Shown: in pieces, positions 21,852-33,323 of the stretch
Numbering within the stretch: position 1 is the first letter of the stretch
Layout of the letters: the number at the start of each line of letters is the position of its first letter
Source: an uncultured Gemmatimonadales bacterium
Lineage (GTDB): Bacteria > Gemmatimonadota > Gemmatimonadetes > Longimicrobiales > RSA9
NCBI GenBank assembly: GCA_963798845.1
Contig: CAWCUS010000004.1
Coordinates: 64,001-128,000, forward strand
Length of the DNA stretch: 64,000 nt
Direction of reading: 5' to 3'
Translations under genes and position numbers: made by a program
Notes under the pieces: model-generated
Database searches by the model: none
The model's input: only the letters and a program-made list of their open reading frames with translations
Told to the model about the DNA's origin: nothing

Positions 21852-23921
21852 GTGACCAGCGCGAACTCGTTCATGCTCGATCGGCCGGCCCAGTACCTGA
21901 AGGGCGTCGGCCCGCGGCGGGCGGAGCAGCTTCATCGCCTGGGGATCCGAACGGCGCGGGACCTGCTCTATCACGTCCCCCGCCGCTACGAGGATGCCAG
22001 CACCGTCTCGGGCATCGGGTCCCTGGAAGTGGGGATGGATGCGACGGTCATCGGCGAGGTGGTGAGCAAGGGCGTCCTCCCCACGCGGAAAGGCCTGCGC
22101 ATCTTCCAGGTGGTGATCCGCGACGGCACGGGTCTCATCGAGTGCTCCTGGCCGGGGCAGCCGTTCCTCGATCGGAGCATTCACAAGGGTAACCGGCTGC
22201 TGGTCACCGGCCCCGTTCGGTTCTTCCATGGCCGCCAGATTCAGCCGCGGGAGTACGTGGTGCTGGACGCGGAGGACACGCCCGAGGGCGGGCGGGTGCT
22301 CCCCATTTATCCCAGCACGGAGGGGCTCTCGCAGCGCATGCTGCGCTCGATCATTGAGGCCAACCTCGACCGCCTGCTTCCCGCGCTCGAGGATCCCTTC
22401 GACGCGCGCTGGCTGAAGCAGCGCGGCTTGCCGGCTCTGGACCGGGCGCTGATCGCGCTGCACCGGCCGTCCTCACTGGAGCAGGCCGAGCACGCGCGAC
22501 GGCGGATGTCGTACGAGGAGCTTTTCTTCCTCCAGCTCCTGCACGCGCGAGCACACCACGCCGCCACCCGTGAGCGGCCCGGCACCGCGTTCCGCCGGAC
22601 GGATCGGCTGATCCGACCACTGTACGACCAACTCCCCTTCCCGCTGACGGAAGCACAGAAGCGGGCCATCCGGGAGATCCTCGGCGACATGACAGCGGCG
22701 CGACGGATGAACCGGATGCTCCAGGGGGACGTGGGGGCGGGCAAGACGGTCGTCGCGCTGTTCGCGATGCTGCTGGCTGCGGAGTCGGAGTACCAGGCGG
22801 CGCTGATGGCGCCGACCGAGCTGCTGGCGGAGCAGCACCATGCCACACTGATCGAGCTCACGGCGCCGCTGGACGTGGACGTGGTGCTCCTCACCGGCTC
22901 GGTCAGGGGGAAGGCCAGGCAGCACGCGCTCCAGCGGATCGAGAGCGGCGAGGGCGCCCTGGTGGTGGGCACGCACGCGCTGATACAGGAGGGCGTCTCC
23001 TTCCGGCGGCTCGGGCTCGTCGTGGTCGACGAGCAGCACCGTTTCGGCGTGCGGCAACGCAAGGCGCTCGCGGAGCAGGGCCAGGACCCCGACGTGCTGG
23101 TGATGTCCGCCACGCCGATCCCGCGGAGCCTGGCGCTCACGCTGTACGGCGACCTGGACACCAGCGTTCTGGATGAGAAGCCGGTGGGACGGCGTCCGAT
23201 CCGGACCGTGCTGCGTTCGGAGTCCGCGCGGGACAGCGTGATGGCGTTCATCCGGGAGCAGGCGACGACAGGCCGCCAGACGTATGTGGTCTACCCGCTC
23301 ATTGAGGAGTCGGAGAAGATCGACCTCAAGGCCGCCGTGGCGGAGTACGAGCGGCTGAGCACGGAAGTGTTTCCCGACCTGGCTGTCGGGCTGCTGCACG
23401 GGCAGATGAAGGCGGACGAGAAGGACCGGGTGATGCGCAGCTTCCTCGCCGGCGAAATCCGTGTCCTGGTGGCGACCACGGTCATCGAGGTGGGGATCGA
23501 CGTGCCGAACGCCACAGTCATGGTCGTGGAGCACGCCGAGCGTTTCGGTCTGAGCCAGCTCCACCAGCTGCGGGGGCGAGTCGGCCGGGGCGCCAGCCAG
23601 TCCTACTGCGTCCTCATCGCTTCCGGAGGCCGGGAGTCGATGGAGCGGCTGCGGATCCTCGTGCGCAGCGACGACGGGTTCGAGATCGCGCGCGCCGATC
23701 TCCGGCTGCGCGGCATGGGAGACCTCTTCGGAGCCCGGCAGCACGGTCTGCCCGACTTCCGCTTTTTCGACCTGGAGCGGGACGACGAGCTGCTCGCCCG
23801 GGCCCGGGACGATGCGCGGGCCGTGATCGCCGCGGATCCCGACCTCGAGCGTCAGCCTTCACTGCGCGAAGCGCTGGCGCGGACGTACGGCGAGCGCGCC
23901 GCGCTGTTCGAAGTGGGCTAG
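21852..23921 (+). CDS. recG: ATP-dependent DNA helicase RecG
   Basis: LKGVGP, QGDVGAGKT, DEQHRFGV, SATPIPR, QLHQLRGRVGRG. Start is GTG 21852 or ATG 21873. Confidence 0.97.
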   Translation: MTSANSFMLDRPAQYLKGVGPRRAEQLHRLGIRTARDLLYHVPRRYEDASTVSGIGSLEVGMDATVIGEVVSKGVLPTRKGLRIFQVVIRDGTGLIECSWPGQPFLDRSIHKGNRLLVTGPVRFFHGRQIQPREYVVLDAEDTPEGGRVLPIYPSTEGLSQRMLRSIIEANLDRLLPALEDPFDARWLKQRGLPALDRALIALHRPSSLEQAEHARRRMSYEELFFLQLLHARAHHAATRERPGTAFRRTDRLIRPLYDQLPFPLTEAQKRAIREILGDMTAARRMNRMLQGDVGAGKTVVALFAMLLAAESEYQAALMAPTELLAEQHHATLIELTAPLDVDVVLLTGSVRGKARQHALQRIESGEGALVVGTHALIQEGVSFRRLGLVVVDEQHRFGVRQRKALAEQGQDPDVLVMSATPIPRSLALTLYGDLDTSVLDEKPVGRRPIRTVLRSESARDSVMAFIREQATTGRQTYVVYPLIEESEKIDLKAAVAEYERLSTEVFPDLAVGLLHGQMKADEKDRVMRSFLAGEIRVLVATTVIEVGIDVPNATVMVVEHAERFGLSQLHQLRGRVGRGASQSYCVLIASGGRESMERLRILVRSDDGFEIARADLRLRGMGDLFGARQHGLPDFRFFDLERDDELLARARDDARAVIAADPDLERQPSLREALARTYGERAALFEVG

Positions 23922-23934
23922 CCCCCGACACCCG

Positions 23935-23961
23935 CCCGCCCCCCGTCCTCCGGGGGGCGGG
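23935..23961. terminator. GC hairpin between convergent recG and M28 genes
   Basis: CCCGCCCCCCG-TCCTC-CGGGGGGCGGG, 11-bp stem, no U-tract. Confidence 0.5.
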
Positions 23962-23982
23962 TCGCGGGTGACGGGATGCCGG

Positions 23983-25545
23983 TCAGAAGGGGGAGCCGGC
24001 CAGCAGCTCGTCCACCTTCTTCTTGCCTTCGGGCGTCCACGCCGGCCGCTCCGGGTCGAGCGCGATGTGCGCTGCCAGGAGAAAGCCGAGCCGCGCGACG
24101 CGGGCGGCCTTGTCGTTGTCGATGGCCGCGGGCTCGTCGCTGGGCTTGTGGTAGTCGGCGTGCTCACCCGTGGTGAAGAAGACCGCGGGCACGCCTTCCT
24201 TGATGAACGCCAGCTGATCGCTGCGGAAGAAGAACCTCTCCTCCGGCTTCGGGTCGAGGATGACGTTCAGCCCGAGCTCCGGGTGGTGGCCCGTGATCTC
24301 GGCCAGCACGTCGCTCAGGGAGGAGTACTCCTGCCCGATGCCGATCACCGTGTCCGGCGCGTTGCGTCCGATCATGTCCATGTTCACGTCGGCCACCACG
24401 GAGTCCATCGGCACGGTCGGGTTCTTGGCGAACGCCATGGAGCCGAGCAGCCCCTTCTCCTCACCGCTCACCGCCAGGAACAGGACCGACCGCGCCGGCG
24501 CCTTCGGGAGCGATGCGAACGCTTCGGCCATCTCCAGCACCGCGGCCGTGCCGGAGGCGTCGTCATCCGCGCCGTTGTAGATCGAGTCGCCCGCCTCGTT
24601 CGGTGCGCCCACCCCCACGTGGTCGAAGTGGGCCGAAACCACCACGTACGTCCCCGCGAGCGCCGGATCCGAGCCCGGCAGCACCGCCACCACGTTCGGC
24701 GGCTGGTACTCCTCCTGGGTGCGCGACGAGCGGATCTCGTAGGCGGCGTCCCCGAGCGCCGCGCCTTCACCCGCGGCGCGGATCGCGTCGAGGTCCACAC
24801 CGCCCGCCGAGAAGAGCTCCTCCGCCGCCTCCGCCGTCATGCCGACGATCGGGAACGGCGCCTGCTGCTGCGCGGTGATGGAGGCCAGCATGGACATCTG
24901 GTCCTCGGGGAACGCAGGGTCGAGAATCGCGATCATCCCTGCCGCTCCGGACATCATGGTCGGCTGCAGCGCGCTCATGAGCTTCTGCTGCCACTCCTGC
25001 CCGAGCTCCGCCACCGGGTGGTCGTAGACGACGATCATCCCCTTCACCGTCGCGGGCAGCGGGCTCCCCTGGCCGGCGACACCCGCGTAGTACGCCTTCG
25101 CCTCCGTCCCGGCCTGCTGCGCCGGCACCAGGAAGTAGTCCTCGGCGTAGGTCAGCCGCGATGCGTCGTCGGCCTTCACCTGCACGTTCGTCTCCGAGGG
25201 GTCGAGCCGCGCAACGGTGTAGTCGTAGCGCTGGATGAACGTGCCGTCGCCCCCCGCGGGCTTCAGGCCGAGGGTACGGAAACGGTTCGCGATCCAGGCG
25301 GCTGCCTTGTCGAGCTCCGGGCTCGGAGTGTCCCGGCCTCGCATGGAATCGTCCGCCAACGCCCCGATCTTCGCGCCCATGTCCTCCGCCGTGATCGTCC
25401 CGACGGCCTGGTGCATGGCGGCTTCCGGTGAAGCCGCCGCGGGCGCCGGCGTCTGCGGCCGCGATCCGGCGCACGCCCCGAGCGCCGGGATGAGCAGGAG
25501 CAGTCCGGCCGCGCGCCTGGCGCCGGCGCTTCGCTTCTTCGTCAT
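23983..25545 (-). CDS. M28 family peptidase, probable lipoprotein
   Basis: LGAC lipobox, SAHFDH, NGADDDASG, GEEKGLLGS, RSD, DYH. Confidence 0.92.
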   Translation of the reverse strand: MTKKRSAGARRAAGLLLLIPALGACAGSRPQTPAPAAASPEAAMHQAVGTITAEDMGAKIGALADDSMRGRDTPSPELDKAAAWIANRFRTLGLKPAGGDGTFIQRYDYTVARLDPSETNVQVKADDASRLTYAEDYFLVPAQQAGTEAKAYYAGVAGQGSPLPATVKGMIVVYDHPVAELGQEWQQKLMSALQPTMMSGAAGMIAILDPAFPEDQMSMLASITAQQQAPFPIVGMTAEAAEELFSAGGVDLDAIRAAGEGAALGDAAYEIRSSRTQEEYQPPNVVAVLPGSDPALAGTYVVVSAHFDHVGVGAPNEAGDSIYNGADDDASGTAAVLEMAEAFASLPKAPARSVLFLAVSGEEKGLLGSMAFAKNPTVPMDSVVADVNMDMIGRNAPDTVIGIGQEYSSLSDVLAEITGHHPELGLNVILDPKPEERFFFRSDQLAFIKEGVPAVFFTTGEHADYHKPSDEPAAIDNDKAARVARLGFLLAAHIALDPERPAWTPEGKKKVDELLAGSPF

Positions 25546-25663
25546 GATGTCACTTTCCGTTCGATGGCTGCCGGGCCGCGCGGGTGCGCGCCCGGTGGTG
25601 TTCGTGGACTGTACGGTAATTCGAAGCAGTCGACAACGGTACCGCACGTCCCCGCCGATCCGG

Positions 25664-28633
25664 CTACGGAGTCACGCGCCGGAAGCGGATGCCGCGAACG
25701 CGCCCGGCGTCCACGTCGAAACCGGCCGGCTCGCCTGCAGTCCGGAAGAACCGGAGCACGAGCGGGCCCCGCCGGAACGTGTCGCCGCCGGTGGCCGCCA
25801 TGCGCCCGTCGAGCTCGTTGCCGACCTCGAGCATGAGCGAGCCGCGCTGGAGCCGGACGCGGTAGTCGGCGGCCAGCTCGTCGGAGTGGTAGCGGCCGGC
25901 GAACGCGCCGAGCGCGTCGGGCGCGACCCGGACCGTGTCCACCCGGGGCCTGTCGCGGGCACCGCGCGACCGGTCGTCGGTCGGCGCTTCGGGGCCCATC
26001 CGGTCTCCGAGCACGGCCTCGCCCACGCGCAGACTGCGCTCCATGGGGTCGGCATCCGCACGGTTGCACAGCGTGTACACGGAAACGTCCTGCTCCGGGT
26101 AGCGGAGCGATGCGGCGCGGAAGCCGACGAACGCGCCGCCATGCGAGACGGTGTGGAGCCCTCGCTGGGCCCCGTGCTCGAGGCCGAGAGCGTAGTCCAG
26201 CGTGTCCCCCGACGAGAGGACGCCCCGGCGCACCATCTCGGCGGCGAACGCGGGGCCGCCCACCGTGGCCCCTGCGTCCAGGTTGGCGTCCCAGGCTACG
26301 AGGTCGCGGATGGAGGTGAAGATCCCGCCGTCGCCCACCATCGGGAGGGTGGTCATGCTGATGCGGTAGCCCTCGTCGTCCGCGGGGGCGTACCCCATCG
26401 CGCGGTCCGGCACAATGGAGGTGGGGTCGTCCTGGTAGCGGGTCTGGCGCATGCCGAGCGGGGCGAAGATCCGTCGCCGGGCGAACTCCGCCAACGTCTC
26501 TCCGGTGACTCGCCTGACGAGCTGCGAGAGCAGGAAGTAGCCGGAGTTGCTGTACAGGTGCTCGGACCCCGGATCGAAGTTGGGCGCCTTCTGGCGGGCG
26601 AGCATGGCCATGACGTCGTCGTCCGAGTACCAGTCCTGATCGCGGTGGCCGGCCAGCGTCATGAGCGTGAGATAGTCGCGCACCCCGCTCGTGTGGTTGA
26701 GGAGCGCCCGGACCGTGAACCGGGGGCCGAAGTCGGGGAGCTCGGGGAGGTACTCGCGAACGGGGCCCTCGAGCGAGAGCGAACCGTCCTGCGCCAGGAG
26801 CACGATGGCAGCGGCCGTGAACTGCTTCGAGACCGACCCCACGCGGAACACCGAGGAAGGGGAGAGCTGGACCGCGTGCTCCAGGTCTGCCATCCCGTAT
26901 CCGCGGGCGAACGCCAGCGAGTCGCCCTCGATCACCCCCACCGCGCAGCCGGGCGAGCGCCGGGAGTCGTAGTCGGCGAAGACGGCATCCACGGCCGAGG
27001 CCAGCCGGGCAGCAGCCGGCGCCGCGGCCATTCCGTCGGCGGGACCCGCCAGGGCGGCGGCGTGGACGCGGTCTGCGGACGCGACCGGCGACGTCGGTCG
27101 GCGGACCACGCGGCCGGGGCGGGCGCCGGTGGTGGCCCCGCGCTCGTAGACCGACCGGCCGTTCACCCACACGCGCGCGATCCCGTCGCTCAGGGCGTGG
27201 GGCGCATCCGGAGTCGCACGGTCGCGCACGGTGGCGGGGTCGAACAGCACGAGGTCCGCGAACGCGCCGGGGCGGATCACGCCGCGGCCCTGGATTCCCA
27301 CGTGCGCAGCGGACAGGGCGGTCATCTTGTGCACCGCCTCTTCCAGCGTGAGCGTGCCGTCGCGGACCATGGGGCCCAGGACGCGCGTGAACGAGCCGAA
27401 GCCCCGGGGGTGGGCGCCGTCGAGCCCGCCATCGGAGCCGACGTTGGCGTGGCGCCACTGGAGCAGTCGGGCGACGTCGCCCGCGTCCATGCTGGTGGCG
27501 ATGATGCTCTCGTCGCCCTTCTCCCGCTCGACGCGCTCGATCAGCGCCATGTACGTGGTGACCGGGTCCTCGCCGCGCGTGGCGGCCACCTCGGCCAGGG
27601 TATGGCCTTCGTATCCGGGCTCGGGCTGGTAACGCGCGATGCGCATCCCTTCCGGCGGGACTAGCTCGTCGAGAGCGAACGTGGCGGCCGCGCGGTCGGT
27701 GAAGTTCCGATCGGGAAAGAGGACCGTCATGGTGGACTGCCAGTAGGTGTACGGGTACACGTCCGCGGTGACGTCCACTCCCTCGGCGCGCGCAGAATCG
27801 AGCCGCGCGAGCAGCGCGTCGGCCCGGCCCCAGAGCGACTTCATGGCGAGCTTCATGTGTGAGATCTGCACCGGGACGTGCGCTTCCCGCCCGATCCGGA
27901 TCAGCTCGTCCACCGCCTCGAACAGGCGACGATCCTCGCTCCGCATGTGGCTGATGTAGCGTCCGCCGGCGGCGCCGGCCTCCCGGGCCAGGGCGACCAC
28001 CTCCTCCGTGGTGGAGTAGATGCCCGGGTCGTACTCGAGGCCCGTGGAAAGCCCCAGCGCGCCGGCGGCCATCTCGCGGCGGAGCAGGGCTCGCATCGAG
28101 TCCACCTCCGCGGGTGTCGCCTCGCGTCGGAAGTCCTTGCCCATGACCCGCTCGCGCAGAGTCCCGTGCCCGGCGTAGGCGGCGACATTGACCGCGACGC
28201 CCGTTCGCTCCACGCCGTCGAAGAAGTCGGCCAGCGGGTATGGCGAGCCGCCGTCCTGCCCCACCACCACCGTGGTCACCCCCTGGCTCACGGCGCCGAG
28301 CGCGTCGGGGAGCCGCATGAGCGCGTCGTCGGCGTGGCTGTGGGTGTCGATGAAGCCGGGGGCCAGCACGAGCCCGTGCCCGTCCACCACCCGCTCGCCC
28401 GGCTCGGGCGTGAGCGCTCCCACGTCGGCGATACGGTCGCCGCGTACGCGGACGGCCGCCGGAAGGGCGGGAGCGCCGGTGCCGTCGACGACGCGGGCTC
28501 CCACCACCAGAAATCCCGATTCGGCCGGTTCCTGTGGTCGGGAGGGTGCGGAGAGTTGCGGCGATGGCGCGCACGCGGACGCGAGAAACGGAATGGCGAC
28601 GGTCGCCAGGACCCACGGGTGCGGCAGACGCAT
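25664..28633 (-). CDS. Fusion of an N-acyl-D-amino-acid deacylase (amidohydrolase) and a beta-lactamase-fold serine hydrolase, probable lipoprotein
   Basis: LASAC lipobox; PGFIDTHSH, SHMRSE, ISHMK, HPRGFG and ADLVLFDP in the first half; GSVSKQF, YSNSGY and HGG in the second half. Confidence 0.9.
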   Translation of the reverse strand: MRLPHPWVLATVAIPFLASACAPSPQLSAPSRPQEPAESGFLVVGARVVDGTGAPALPAAVRVRGDRIADVGALTPEPGERVVDGHGLVLAPGFIDTHSHADDALMRLPDALGAVSQGVTTVVVGQDGGSPYPLADFFDGVERTGVAVNVAAYAGHGTLRERVMGKDFRREATPAEVDSMRALLRREMAAGALGLSTGLEYDPGIYSTTEEVVALAREAGAAGGRYISHMRSEDRRLFEAVDELIRIGREAHVPVQISHMKLAMKSLWGRADALLARLDSARAEGVDVTADVYPYTYWQSTMTVLFPDRNFTDRAAATFALDELVPPEGMRIARYQPEPGYEGHTLAEVAATRGEDPVTTYMALIERVEREKGDESIIATSMDAGDVARLLQWRHANVGSDGGLDGAHPRGFGSFTRVLGPMVRDGTLTLEEAVHKMTALSAAHVGIQGRGVIRPGAFADLVLFDPATVRDRATPDAPHALSDGIARVWVNGRSVYERGATTGARPGRVVRRPTSPVASADRVHAAALAGPADGMAAAPAAARLASAVDAVFADYDSRRSPGCAVGVIEGDSLAFARGYGMADLEHAVQLSPSSVFRVGSVSKQFTAAAIVLLAQDGSLSLEGPVREYLPELPDFGPRFTVRALLNHTSGVRDYLTLMTLAGHRDQDWYSDDDVMAMLARQKAPNFDPGSEHLYSNSGYFLLSQLVRRVTGETLAEFARRRIFAPLGMRQTRYQDDPTSIVPDRAMGYAPADDEGYRISMTTLPMVGDGGIFTSIRDLVAWDANLDAGATVGGPAFAAEMVRRGVLSSGDTLDYALGLEHGAQRGLHTVSHGGAFVGFRAASLRYPEQDVSVYTLCNRADADPMERSLRVGEAVLGDRMGPEAPTDDRSRGARDRPRVDTVRVAPDALGAFAGRYHSDELAADYRVRLQRGSLMLEVGNELDGRMAATGGDTFRRGPLVLRFFRTAGEPAGFDVDAGRVRGIRFRRVTP

Positions 28634-28735
28634 GGCCGGCCTCCGGTGTTGGGGATCGGCGTTGAGGATAGGCCGGGAGCCCGGCCCACGCCACCGGGGT
28701 TCCGACGCGCCCTGCCGGGGGGGCCGGACGGCGCG

Positions 28736-29625
28736 TCAGAAGCTGGTGGGAATGGTGACGGCGAAGCCGACGCCGTCGCCCGGGCCGAAGGCGACGGGGG
28801 TGAAGCGGACGTGGTCGGCCTCGCGGCGCGAGATGACCACCTTCGCGATGCCGTAGCCCCAGAAAGCGCCGATCCACGAGTCGGAGGCCCAGTGATGGGA
28901 CTCGACCAGCCGGTGGACGACCATGGTGCCGACCACGCCGTACAGGCCGACGGAGGCGGGCCACCAGTCGATGTGATGCGAGAGCACCGTCGCGAGCGCG
29001 GCGAGGTTGGCCACATGACCGGACGGGAAGGAGAGCCCTCCGCCGAAGTGGAAGGCGTAGGGGCCTTCGCCGACCTGGGGCCGCTCCCGACCGACGGCCT
29101 TGCCGATGACCCTCCGACCCGCCGTGGAGATGATGTTCGAGATCATCAGCTCCTCGAAGATGTGCCGGGTGGTGGCGTCTCCCCAGACGCCGTCCACCAC
29201 GTAGCCCACCACGGTTCCCGCGGCGTAGTACTTGTTCATCCTGCCCTGCAGCGCCAGCGGCTCCACGAAGTCCGCCACGTCGTACACCTCGCGGTAGAGC
29301 GGATCGTCAGCGTGGTCCCTCACGTGCTCCCAGATCGGCTCGTCGTACGCGAAGAGCACCGCGCCCACGGCCAGGACGCCGCCCGCGAGGAGCAGGTTGC
29401 TGCCACGGAGGTGGAACGGCGCCCTCGTGACGGCCCACGCGTCGCTCGCAGTCGCCCGCGTGAAGTACCAGGCCACTCCCCAGGGGGTGAAGGCCGGCCC
29501 GGGGTCCTGCGGCACCGTGACGTCCGGTGACTGTGCGCCGAGGCCGGACGCCAGGAACAGGGCCAGCAGCGGCGCCAGCAGGGCGACCCGGGATGCCGCG
29601 CGGTGCGTTTCGTGAATCGTTGCAT
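28736..29625 (-). CDS. PAP2-family phosphatase-like protein (start uncertain)
   Basis: K.VGRERP, SFPSGH and R....HHWASD motifs; signal-like [16 protein letters not shown]. No convincing in-frame start; the ATG at 29625 is out of frame. Confidence 0.75.
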
Positions 29626-29755
29626 CCTCCGCGAGAGTCGTGGCTGTGGCCCGCGAGGAGCAACCACCATGCCGGCCGTGGGTCGGCGGCGCGTTGACGC
29701 AGGCGCGACGAACCATCCATCTTGGCGTCCGACACGAACGAGGGCGGGGGAGGCC

Positions 29756-31053
<1,298 letters not shown>

Positions 31054-31054
<1 letters not shown>

Positions 31055-31315
31055 GGGCTCGGCCGCTTCGCGGGCCTCGCAGAGGGGCTCGGCCGCTTTG
31101 CGGCCTCGCAGAGGGGCTCGGCCGCTTCGCGGCCTCGCAGAGGGGCTCGGCCGCTTTGCGGCCTCGCAGAGGGGCTCGGCCGCTTTGCGGGCCTCGCAGA
31201 GGGGCTCGGCCGCTTCGCGGCCTCGCAGAGGGGCTCGGCCGCTTCGCGGCCTCGCAGAGGGGCTCGGCCGCTTCGCGGCCTCGCAGAGGGGCCGGCCGCT
31301 TCGCGGCCTCGCAGA
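31054..31315 (+). repeat. Tandem hairpin array A: 9 units of 28-30 bp
   Basis: Unit GGGGCTC-GGCCGC-TT(C/T)-GCGGCC-TCGCAGA repeated 9 times, filling the gap between the asnS and mazG stop codons. Confidence 0.97.
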
Positions 31316-31322
31316 GGGGGGG

Positions 31323-32136
31323 CTACTCGGAGGCTTTGACTTCGTCCCAGAGGCGGTCCAGGGCCTCGAGACCGGCGTTGCCGAGCTCGACGCCGCGCTC
31401 GGAGGCCAGGCGCTCGAGGGCTTCGAAGCGGCGGGTGAACTTCGCGTTGGCGGAGTGCAGGGCCGTGAGAGCGTGGGCGCCGGCCAGGCGGGTGAGGTTG
31501 ACGACGGCGAACATCAGGTCGCCCAGCTCCTCCTCCAGCCCCGCCCTTGCTTGTCCCTCGTCTTCCGTCTGGGTCTCCCCGTGCCGGCTCGAATTCGACG
31601 CGGCGCGCAGCGCCGCCATCGCTTCCCTCACCTCCTCCATCTCCTCCGCGACCTTCTCGAAGGCGCCGCCGGCATCGGCCCAATCGAAGCCGACGGAAGC
31701 GACGCGGTCCTGGATCCGATGGGCCTTGCTCAGCGGGTCGAGTCCGCGCGCCACGCCGTGGAGGAGGCCGGTTTCGGCATCGCGCTCCCGCGCCTTGAGC
31801 GTCTCCCACTCCTCCTTCTCGCCGAGACCGAAGAGGTGAGGGTGGCGACGTCGCATTCTTGTCGATCACCGTGTCAGCCACGTCGTCGGCATCGAACGCG
31901 TCGCGCTCGCGCGCCAGGACGAGCTGGAAAGCCAGGTTGAGCAGGAGGTCCCCGAGCTCGGAGCGGAGGGCGTCGTCGTCCTCTTCGGCTATGGCATCGG
32001 CGGACTCGTGGGCCTCCTCCAGGAGGTACGGGATGAGTGAGCGGGGGGTCTGCGCGGCATCCCACGGGCAGTGGGCCCGGAGGAACCGGACCAGGTCCGT
32101 GACGCGTTCGAGCGCGTCCGATTGCTTGGGTTTCAC
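31323..32136 (-). pseudogene. mazG: Nucleoside triphosphate pyrophosphohydrolase MazG, split by a 1-nt frameshift (true lesion or assembly error)
   Basis: The N-terminal frame has CPWD..QT, EEAHE and ELGDLL. The C-terminal frame starts MRRRHPHLF and has GFDW, EELGDL and KFTRRF. The junction reads GAC AAG A ATG CGA, with an extra base at 31856-31857. Confidence 0.88.
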
Positions 32137-32168
32137 GGCGCGCCTATACTATTCGTTCTTTGCGTATT

Positions 32169-33323
32169 ATGGCAATCGGTGATGCGCGCGCATGGATCGA
32201 GGTGGATCTCGACGCCGTGCGCGCGAACTACGATACGATCCGGCGGTCGGTGGGGTACGGCACGGCCGTGATCCCGATGGTGAAGGCGGACGCGTACGGG
32301 CTCGGCGCGAAGGCGGTGGTGCGGACGCTGGAGCCGCGTGACCCGTGGGGGTTCGGCGTGGCCACCGCGGCGGAAGGCGAGGCGCTGCGATCCTACGGCG
32401 TCAGGCGCCCGATCCTGGTGGTGGGGCCGCTGCCGCCGAAGGCGGCGGACACCGCCGCCGCCGGCCGGCTGACGGCGTCCATCTCGTCGCTGGACGGGCT
32501 GGAAGCCTGGGCCGCCGCGGCGGAGCGGGCGGGGGGCGAGGCGCTGGACTTCCACGTCGAGGTGGACACGGGGATGGGCCGGAGCGGGTTCGACTGGCGC
32601 CGGGTCGGGGAGTGGGCGCCTGCTGTGGCCGCACGGTCGGGGCGCGCGCTCAGGTGGACGGGGTGCTTCACCCATTTCCACAGTGCGGACGCGCCGAACC
32701 CGCGTCCCACTGCCGTTCAGTGGGAACGTTTTCGTGGGGCGCTCGTAGAACTCCCGATCCCCGCGTCGGAGCTTCTGGTGCACGCGGCGAACAGCGCGGC
32801 GGCGCTGCGCTGGTCGGAATACGCAGCGGATGCCGTGCGGCCGGGGATCTTCCTGTACGGAGGGCATCCGGCGCCGCGGGTGGCCGAGGTGCCCGCGCCG
32901 CAACCGGTGGCGGCGGTTCGCGCCCGGCTGACGCTGGTGCGCGATGTGCCGCCGGGGAGCACGGTGGGGTACAGGGCGACGCACACGGCCAGGACCCCGG
33001 AGCGCTGGGGCACGCTGGGGATCGGCTATGGGGACGGTCTGCCCCGGTCACTGGGGAACCGGGGGACCGCGCTGATACGCGGCTGTCCGGTGCCGGTGAT
33101 CGGACGGGTGAGCATGGATCTCACCACCGTGCGGCTCGACGCAGTGCCGGAGGCGGTGGTGGGGGACGTGGCCACGCTGATCGGGCAGGACGGCGGTGCG
33201 AGGATCACCGTGGATGAGGTGGCGGTGCTGGCGGGCACGATCGGGTACGAGGTCCTGACGGGACTGGGAACACGGTTGCCGCGGGTCGAACGCAGTCATG
33301 AGACGGAGCTCGAGAGAGGATAG
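32169..33323 (+). CDS. alr: Alanine racemase
   Basis: VKADAYGLG (PLP lysine), VDTGMGRSG, HAANS, VRPGIFLYG, GYGDG, GRVSMD. Confidence 0.96.
   Translation: MAIGDARAWIEVDLDAVRANYDTIRRSVGYGTAVIPMVKADAYGLGAKAVVRTLEPRDPWGFGVATAAEGEALRSYGVRRPILVVGPLPPKAADTAAAGRLTASISSLDGLEAWAAAAERAGGEALDFHVEVDTGMGRSGFDWRRVGEWAPAVAARSGRALRWTGCFTHFHSADAPNPRPTAVQWERFRGALVELPIPASELLVHAANSAAALRWSEYAADAVRPGIFLYGGHPAPRVAEVPAPQPVAAVRARLTLVRDVPPGSTVGYRATHTARTPERWGTLGIGYGDGLPRSLGNRGTALIRGCPVPVIGRVSMDLTTVRLDAVPEAVVGDVATLIGQDGGARITVDEVAVLAGTIGYEVLTGLGTRLPRVERSHETELERG

Noticed and set aside
25542..28964. Very long alternative-frame and antisense ORFs (e.g. 1140, 951, 809 aa)
   Set aside because: R/P/G/A-rich shadow ORFs expected from very high GC3. 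They overlap well-supported genes and carry no motifs.
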